From positions 1 through 32,000 of the forward strand of contig JAFGBS010000002.1 of NCBI GenBank assembly GCA_016933055.1: a stretch of 32,000 bases of DNA, given 5' to 3'. How positions within the stretch are numbered: position 1 is the first letter of the stretch; each line of letters begins with the position of its first letter. Made by a program: the position numbers and the translations under genes. Source of the DNA: Promethearchaeota archaeon (lineage in GTDB: Archaea; Asgardarchaeota; Lokiarchaeia; Sigyniarchaeales; Promethearchaeaceae). The notes beneath the pieces are model-generated. The model had not been told where the DNA came from. It saw only the letters and a program-made list of their open reading frames with translations, and made no database searches. This document shows positions 25,386-32,000 of the stretch, piece by piece.

Positions 25386-25791
25386 TTTTATTACCTCGGA
25401 ACCGTCACTTCGTGACTTAAACAACCTTCGATATGTAATATTATAAAGATTCTGATTCACCAAAAAATGCAATAAAATTTCTTCAATTTTGTAACACAAA
25501 TGTAAAGCATTGTTTCTTGAGGTGGATAGGATTAGATCAGGTAAATAAAGTGGACTCTTTATCCCGTCAACATCTTGGAGCGATTAGTGTGTCCCCATAG
25601 ATGTAGAAGGTATTCTAATCCGTTTTGTGAACGCTATAACGGTTTAATTCTCTGTACTCAAATCCGGTCGGATATTGGGTTGTGGGTACAAAGTTGGTTA
25701 ATAAAAACTTGCCCAGTTGCTGAATTTTTTCTTTTCTTTCTTTTTATTCACTATTTTCGAAGTGATATCCCATGAAATTCGATTAAAGTCA

Positions 25792-26772
25792 TCAAAAGAG
25801 TGGTAAGATAATTAGTACCAACAACGTAATTACCGCTATTCCAATAGAGATGAAGATTAATTTTGTCTGTTTAGCGTTAAGTTTTCCGAAAATTTCCCGA
25901 GGTCGTGGGGCTTGCATTAGGAATATGGATATCCAAACACAGAGTGTAAAATAGCCGGAATGCCAAAGGAGGAACCCAAAACCCCAATCACTATATAATC
26001 TAGACATATTTACTATGGTAAAGGCATCTAATATTGCATTTAAACCTGTTTTAATTGCAGGAATTCCTGTTTCTAATTGATCAACTGCATTTAGCCAGAG
26101 ATCCGGTAAATTAAGGAATATCATAAACCCAACATATACCATACACCAAAGCAGAATAATTAGGCTAGATGTCCTTAACATATATAATCGCTTTGTCTCT
26201 TCCTTATCCTTCTTAGAGAATACACGACGTACTTGTACTATTGCAAGGGGTAGAATTGCTAAAAATCCAATCAACCACAAAGTTTCCTCGATTGCAAACG
26301 AAAGTTCTGACTTGGTAATCACACCAGCTGTGGCAAAGAATTGGGCCAGAAATAGACAAATTACTAGGATATACGGGGTTTTTGTGGTCAGGAATACCCC
26401 AAATTTATTTCTATCACTCAGTTTAGAATCGGGTATATATTTGTTAAATTGTATCATTGAAAAAGCAATTAATCCACTGAATGAAAGTTCTGCAAAAATG
26501 GCGAGTATACGAATCAACAGAGCACTGTTTGCAATAGTATCAAACCAAGTCTGCTGAGGACCATACGACGATACAAAAACTGAGCGATAAGCTCCAACTA
26601 CTGTGAAGATTACCCCCATAATTCTCATCCAATTCTGATATCTCGAATCCTTTCCATCTTGCGAGCTTAGTGATCGTTTGAAAGCCATTCCACAAACTAT
26701 CAAGTTCACTAGATTAATAAGTACCATAACGGACCACCACGGCCACGCCCAATCTGTGTTAAGATTAACCAT
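25792..26772 (-). CDS. Uncharacterised polytopic membrane protein (~7-8 TM)
   Basis: 326-aa ORF with repeated hydrophobic helices and conserved-looking polar motifs YRSVF, IR..AIFAELSF, IEETLW and YFTLCVWISI. Confidence 0.7.
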   Translation of the reverse strand: MVNLNTDWAWPWWSVMVLINLVNLIVCGMAFKRSLSSQDGKDSRYQNWMRIMGVIFTVVGAYRSVFVSSYGPQQTWFDTIANSALLIRILAIFAELSFSGLIAFSMIQFNKYIPDSKLSDRNKFGVFLTTKTPYILVICLFLAQFFATAGVITKSELSFAIEETLWLIGFLAILPLAIVQVRRVFSKKDKEETKRLYMLRTSSLIILLWCMVYVGFMIFLNLPDLWLNAVDQLETGIPAIKTGLNAILDAFTIVNMSRLYSDWGFGFLLWHSGYFTLCVWISIFLMQAPRPREIFGKLNAKQTKLIFISIGIAVITLLVLIILPLF

Positions 26773-26939
26773 TTATTTTTCATCTCATTCTTTTACCTGA
26801 GTGGAGAAACTCGATCCAATTAGGCAATTTAATTGATTCTCATATCGGAATTGAAGTTATTAAATGTTAATTGGCAATATATTCGTGTTGGATTTACATT
26901 AAAAAAGATTGGAGATAGTACAATGTATTCATGTGATCA

Positions 26940-28016
26940 TTATTCTTGATCCCATTCGATTTCTTTCGGACCATCTCTGGGTAATCGAGCTTCGACATCG
27001 AGAAGCGGTGGAAAAGGTTTGTGTGGTTCGGCTTGGTACCAATACGCAGTAGAGGAATAGTCATCCGAGCGACGATTTGCATGACCGTGTTCAATTGTAA
27101 CCTTAATTGATTTGGTGAAATATACCGGATCCATGATATGATAGCGATAATAGGTTATTTTACCCGAGTGATATTTTCCACCACCGAGGATAATCCCATA
27201 AAATGGCGTTGAAAATTCTTTGCTGGGGCACCAAGCGGTGCAAAAATAGTCCTCTGTCCCCGTTCCGAAAATTGTTTGATTGTCATCTCCATCAATAAAG
27301 AACATGTCATCACCTTCACCCGGCCAATTATCTTTGTCATCCTTCTGTTCCCGCAAATTATGAATGTTCAGATTGCACCCCACGTAATGACCTTTCCCTT
27401 CCGCTTCCATCAAGATATAATTTTTCGAGAAATCCGAATTGGTGCCTTGTAACAAAAATTCTTCAGTAGTCATTCCTTCGTCGGAAATTCCTTTACAAGG
27501 ATTGACCCGATTCCAGCAGGCGTGAAATCTTCCATAGTCTGGCTCTAATTTGTCGTATTCTTCATAATCGACATAGAAATAAAATACAGTAGATCGCTTG
27601 GTTTGGTTATCTATCTCAAACCTGGCTGAAGAATTGAATGGCATTGGCCACCAGCAATTAAATCCTTTTCCATCCTTTGGAGACATGGACAATGGTAATG
27701 ACCAGTAATTTGTACTTATTGCATGTCCCATTCCAAAGAAATCCCCAATGGGAACTTCAATACTGGGATGTTGCTCTCCATCCCAATAGACCCGTAACAC
27801 AATTTTTCGTAAATGATTCGGATCCGTATTTTGAATAGTGCACCAGAAATGAGTGATACATCCAGCACCATGGATTTCGGCAAATATTTTTTGTTCTTTG
27901 CGCTTTACAACCATAAAATCGAAATTTTTATGTTCGGGATGATGACTGGAAATGCGACGGCGTCTCACAGAATTATCTCGCAATTTTGTTAAGTTTTGTA
28001 GCAGATTATGTATCAT
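26940..28016 (-). CDS. Glycoside hydrolase family 172 protein (DUF2961)
   Basis: GAGCITHFW, YWDGE..PSIEVPIGDFFG, FNCWWPMPF, GEGDDMFFIDG, GTGTEDYF, YRYHI.DPVYF...IEHGHAN and DDYSSTAYWYQ. Confidence 0.92.
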   Translation of the reverse strand: MIHNLLQNLTKLRDNSVRRRRISSHHPEHKNFDFMVVKRKEQKIFAEIHGAGCITHFWCTIQNTDPNHLRKIVLRVYWDGEQHPSIEVPIGDFFGMGHAISTNYWSLPLSMSPKDGKGFNCWWPMPFNSSARFEIDNQTKRSTVFYFYVDYEEYDKLEPDYGRFHACWNRVNPCKGISDEGMTTEEFLLQGTNSDFSKNYILMEAEGKGHYVGCNLNIHNLREQKDDKDNWPGEGDDMFFIDGDDNQTIFGTGTEDYFCTAWCPSKEFSTPFYGIILGGGKYHSGKITYYRYHIMDPVYFTKSIKVTIEHGHANRRSDDYSSTAYWYQAEPHKPFPPLLDVEARLPRDGPKEIEWDQE

Positions 28017-28156
28017 ATTTTCATTACCTTTTTTTTGATTATGATTTAAGTGAATTTTTATTACTCTAAAGTGAGAGTTTGAAAAGTTTAGTAGTTAATC
28101 GTGAGATAATGAATTAAATAAAACTTCTCATCGGTAATTTTAATAAACATAGAAGA

Positions 28157-29563
28157 GTGACGAAATTGGCACATTATGATACTCCCGAAATTCAAAAACA
28201 CGGGTTTTTTACCCAATTCAGTTTTGGGATGGCAGATTTGCATTTGGAAATGATATCCAGTATTTTTTCCCAGTTTTTATTATTGTACTGGGAAACCGAG
28301 ATTGGATTAAATATATGGATTTACACTGCGGCATATGTGGTGTTCGTAATTTGGAATATGTTAAATGATCCCTTAATCGGATTCTTTGCAGACAAACCCC
28401 GAAAATATTGGAGACGGTTTGGAAAACGTTTACCTTTAATTCTGATGGGGGGATTACCATTTTCGCTCGCCTTACCCTTTGTGTTTAATACACCCTATTG
28501 GGATGTGAGTACCTATCAAAAATGGTATTATTTCGTATGGTTATTAATTTCCATTTGTTTTTATGACTCATTCTATTCCTTAATCAGCCTAAATCACGAA
28601 GCACTGTATCCGGCGAAATTTCGAATTGATCAAAATCGTAGAAGTACAAGCGCAGTGAGAATGACGCTTCAAATTTTTGGTACTTTATTGGGTGCTGGTG
28701 CACCATTACTTATGGAATATCAAAATAGAGAATCCTATGGGAGAATGACATGGTGGTTTGCAGGAATTGGATTTTTAGTTTTCTTATCCTATATTCCCGG
28801 TCACTTGGAATCAAAAGAATTACGCATGCGATATGAAGATGTCAAAGCGGTCAGAGAAAAGCAGTCATTCTTTCAAGTATTAAAAATAATGCTAAAACAA
28901 AGAAATTTCATGGCAGTGGTTCTTATTTTCTTCTTGGATAGTATTATTGGAGCAAGTTTAGTAGCTTCAGTTCATTATGCGGTTGAATATGGTCTCGAGT
29001 TGGAATCTAATTATGCAACATTCGTACTTTTAGGATTTATTGGAGCGGCTTTAATATTCATTCCTTTTTGGTTAGTTATAGCTCAAAAATGGAAAGATAA
29101 CCGGAAAATGCTTATTTTAGGAGTCTTCCTGAACACGATTTTTCTCCTTCCCTTAGCATTTTTCTGGGATATTTGGTCTTTAGTAGCTTTCGCAGCTGTA
29201 TTAGGGGTAGGAGGGGCGGCATTAAGGGTTTCGAGGCATCCTGTAATGGCGGATGTGATTGATGAATCCATCGCTAAGACCGGGCAGCACTTAGAAGGAT
29301 CATTTATGGGCATCTATACATTCTTCAATCGATTTGCTTTGATCGCACAGCAAATTATATTCGCTGTCGTCCATACTTTGACAGGATTTAACCCAGATGC
29401 AACCAGCCAGAGTGATTTAGCATTATTTGGAATTCGCTTACATACGGCTATAATCCCCATGGTGTTATGCCTAATTGGATTAATAGTATTCATAAAGCTC
29501 TATGATCTCACTCCAGAGAGAACAAAACGAGTTAAGGAGCAAATTATAGAGTTAGGCTTATAA
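28157..29563 (+). CDS. MFS transporter, glycoside-pentoside-hexuronide (GPH/MelB-like, MFS_2) family, paralog 1
   Basis: WNMLNDPLIG..ADK, FG+R.P, YD.FYSL, ADVIDE......EG.FMG and G+R. About 12 TM segments. GTG start. Confidence 0.88.
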   Translation: MTKLAHYDTPEIQKHGFFTQFSFGMADLHLEMISSIFSQFLLLYWETEIGLNIWIYTAAYVVFVIWNMLNDPLIGFFADKPRKYWRRFGKRLPLILMGGLPFSLALPFVFNTPYWDVSTYQKWYYFVWLLISICFYDSFYSLISLNHEALYPAKFRIDQNRRSTSAVRMTLQIFGTLLGAGAPLLMEYQNRESYGRMTWWFAGIGFLVFLSYIPGHLESKELRMRYEDVKAVREKQSFFQVLKIMLKQRNFMAVVLIFFLDSIIGASLVASVHYAVEYGLELESNYATFVLLGFIGAALIFIPFWLVIAQKWKDNRKMLILGVFLNTIFLLPLAFFWDIWSLVAFAAVLGVGGAALRVSRHPVMADVIDESIAKTGQHLEGSFMGIYTFFNRFALIAQQIIFAVVHTLTGFNPDATSQSDLALFGIRLHTAIIPMVLCLIGLIVFIKLYDLTPERTKRVKEQIIELGL

Positions 29564-29590
29564 TTTTTCCTTGTTGGGAGGATTTAATAT

Positions 29591-30973
29591 ATGGATCAAT
29601 CATCAACCCCCCGAGAGAAAATCATCGGATTTCTCATTTCCTTTAGCTTGGGTGCATTCTTGATCGAATTTCTCCAAGGTGCCTATACCGCATTTGGATT
29701 CTTTTTCTATGAGACCGAGATAAAATTGAGTATTACTCTCGTTTCAGTGACTTTTAGTATGTTTAGCTTATGGAAAGCGATTATCGATCCGATTTTAGGA
29801 TATTTACTTGGAAAATCTTCAAAGGTATTCCAAAAATGGGGCAAATCGTTCACATGGATCCTTCTATCAATTCTTCCATGGTTTGCATGTTTGTTGATGT
29901 TTTATAATACACCAGGATGGTCTGTAGAATCGCAAGAGGGGCTTATTTTTCTATGGTTACTTTTCTCTATGTTAGCGTACGGTCTCTTTATTTCTATTTT
30001 TTCAATAAATTATTTTGGATTAATTCCCGTGCGATTTAAAGAAGATGCTATACGAAGAAGTGTACAAGGATATGTTGGAATTTCCAGTTTCCTAGGGATG
30101 CTTTTAGGTGCTCTAATTCCTACATTTATTATTTCTTATGGTAATATCCAATCGTACGGAGTTATGTCCCTAATAATCGTAGGTATTGCGTTTATTCCTG
30201 CCATTGGTATGATTCCGGGAATTTATGAACCTCCTAATTTACGACCCAAATTCAAAGAAGCCCGAATTACTCAAAATGAATCATTTTGGACTATGGTGAA
30301 ATTCTCTGCAAAGCACAAAAATTATCGGATTTTGCTATTATTGTCCTTTACTAATCAAGTTATCATGTCATGTGTTGGAGGGTCGTTACATTATATTGTT
30401 AAATACATTTACCTTGAAGATATAGATATTTCGGTATTTTTTTATATCGGATACTTCAGCGGCGCTCTGATTGGATCCTTTGCATGGGTAAAAATAGCGG
30501 ATAAACTCCAAAATACGAAACTTAGTTATTTATTATCTGGATTATGTATGTTGGTGTGTCAAATTCCCATGATATTTGTTAAGAATTATAATTATTATAT
30601 TGCTAGTATCTTGTTATTTCCATTTGCATTCTGTTTTTCCGGATTTTGGAGCACCTTGCGTGTTCCATTGTCTTCGGATGTACTAGATGAGTTATCGGCA
30701 GATTTAGGCAAGAGAAACGATTCAACATTTATTGGGATTAGATCAATTTTTTTCCAACTTGCAATTGTTTTCCAATCACTAGTGTTCGGAGTGGTGCATA
30801 CCATCACGAATTTCGATAAAAATGTGGAGCTCCAACCAGTGAGTGCCCAAAATGGGATAATATTTCTTTTCGCAGCCGTACCAATACTATTAGAAATAAT
30901 TACATTTCTTATCTTTTGGCTTCGTTATGATTTAACTCCAGAAAGAGTTCAGAAAGTCAAGCACCAATTATGA
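29591..30973 (+). CDS. MFS transporter, GPH/MFS_2 family, paralog 2
   Basis: WKAIIDPILG, SDVLDE...G.R..TFIG and RYDLTPE. About 12 TM segments. GGAGG RBS. Confidence 0.88.
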   Translation: MDQSSTPREKIIGFLISFSLGAFLIEFLQGAYTAFGFFFYETEIKLSITLVSVTFSMFSLWKAIIDPILGYLLGKSSKVFQKWGKSFTWILLSILPWFACLLMFYNTPGWSVESQEGLIFLWLLFSMLAYGLFISIFSINYFGLIPVRFKEDAIRRSVQGYVGISSFLGMLLGALIPTFIISYGNIQSYGVMSLIIVGIAFIPAIGMIPGIYEPPNLRPKFKEARITQNESFWTMVKFSAKHKNYRILLLLSFTNQVIMSCVGGSLHYIVKYIYLEDIDISVFFYIGYFSGALIGSFAWVKIADKLQNTKLSYLLSGLCMLVCQIPMIFVKNYNYYIASILLFPFAFCFSGFWSTLRVPLSSDVLDELSADLGKRNDSTFIGIRSIFFQLAIVFQSLVFGVVHTITNFDKNVELQPVSAQNGIIFLFAAVPILLEIITFLIFWLRYDLTPERVQKVKHQL

Positions 30974-31144
30974 TCTAGAAGAAAATGTAAAAGACCCATT
31001 CTTTTTTAATATCCAGTTCAATTCCCAGCGGAATTCCTTAAACATCTATCCTAGTTCATCCTCTTGTCGAAGAATTTGAAAAAATATTTCTTACTATTAA
31101 GTATCGTTGAAAAAATAGTAAATAAAAGAAAAAAGGTGGTATAA

Positions 31145-31999
31145 TTACGTTATACTCATATCCAAGGGCAGAAAATCATTAACTTCATCAAGAGCTGAAT
31201 ATAACGGAACCCCCGGATATCCGTACATCGGATATAGCCAGTAATTAGAGCCAACTAAAGCCATTGTGCCGTATCCGCATACATTAATGTAGAGCATATC
31301 ATCCTCCAGTACAGGAAATTCCGATTTTGCCATCTTAAACTCAAAAATTCGATGATCTTCTCCACAATTCTCACTTGGTCCATATGAATAGGCGATATCA
31401 TAATTTCCTAAAGCAATCGTATTACCAACTATTGCATAAATTAGTTGAGTTGAAGTAATTCGAAGGGAGAGCTTATCGATTTTTAGATCATAAGCTGTTG
31501 GATCAGTAGCGTTTTCTTCATTATAGCAGTGAATGGTGAAATAAAACATCCCATTCGTTGTGTTAATGGTATTATGGTCAAGATCAACCCCACCAGTCAC
31601 AATAGAATTTGCAGAGAAAACTATATTGTTACTATTCGAATCGAAACTGGGGTCATTTATATCACTAGGCATTCCCCCATGTTCATACACTGAGCAATAA
31701 AACTCGTCAGCTATTCCATAATGTCCAGAAGGATTCGAAGTAAGATTTGAACTCAATCGGTACCTTAACTTCAAATCAGTAATACTCGAAAGAAATGAAC
31801 TGATTTCTTCATCAGGGAGTTTTTCTGAGATATTGACCGCAAAATGGAGGTCTAAATAGTCTCCCGACAACCATGATCCGTCAACACTATAAAAATTGGA
31901 AGTTCCGGTATAGTTCCTATTATCATTACCTATCCAAAAATCATAGAAATTTCCATTAGTATCTCCTCGAGACACACTTATTGAATCGGTTTCCGGAAA
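31145..31999 (-). CDS. C-terminal part of a probable secreted/extracellular beta-rich protein, 5'-truncated by the window
   Basis: The frame stays open to the window end. Rich in N/S/D/Y with NxT/S sequons. No C-terminal TM in the visible part. Confidence 0.55.
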   Translation of the reverse strand, partial: FPETDSISVSRGDTNGNFYDFWIGNDNRNYTGTSNFYSVDGSWLSGDYLDLHFAVNISEKLPDEEISSFLSSITDLKLRYRLSSNLTSNPSGHYGIADEFYCSVYEHGGMPSDINDPSFDSNSNNIVFSANSIVTGGVDLDHNTINTTNGMFYFTIHCYNEENATDPTAYDLKIDKLSLRITSTQLIYAIVGNTIALGNYDIAYSYGPSENCGEDHRIFEFKMAKSEFPVLEDDMLYINVCGYGTMALVGSNYWLYPMYGYPGVPLYSALDEVNDFLPLDMSIT

Positions 32000-32000
32000 A

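Noticed and set aside
25575-25775. 66-aa ORF or degraded gene fragment between the collagen gene and the membrane protein gene
   Set aside because: TTG start, the frame runs through a polypyrimidine terminator tract, and no family motif appears on either strand.
555-31000. Numerous short ORFs in the track antisense to or nested in long genes (e.g. 7247-7840, 14686-15030, 17773-18210, 23919-24224)
   Set aside because: They overlap well-supported genes and show no motifs or RBS. They are treated as shadow ORFs.

Overview
AT-rich archaeal DNA, most likely from an Asgard archaeon (Lokiarchaeia-like). The taxonomy is inference from an archaeal-type uS19, TTTAAATA boxes, GGTGA/GAGG ribosome-binding sites, oligo-T terminators and the style of the surface proteins. 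The window holds about 24 coding regions, with genes cut off at both ends. I see no rRNA, tRNA, CRISPR array or intact mobile element. Housekeeping and metabolic genes: pepD, two GNAT acetyltransferases, a flavodoxin-like protein, an enolase-superfamily (MR/MLE) enzyme, feoAB, a CPBP protease, a stand-alone rps19, two tandem DUF362-ferredoxin proteins, and a GH172 gene divergent from two GPH sugar transporters. The most unusual content is a set of surface and cytoskeletal proteins with eukaryote-like architectures. These are (1) a single-pass protein with at least 8 tandem Ig-like repeats outside and three MIT/TPR-like helical modules inside, (2) a type II membrane collagen ending in a C1q/TNF-like domain, (3) a doubly anchored beta-propeller, and (4) a bactofilin-like beta-solenoid flanked by a SHOCT-like helix pair and a double zinc ribbon. 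There is also a triply frameshifted ICMT-family pseudogene containing nested inverted repeats, and a GC-rich ~110-nt leader ahead of the orphan uS19. All family calls come from motif recognition by eye; no database search was run.
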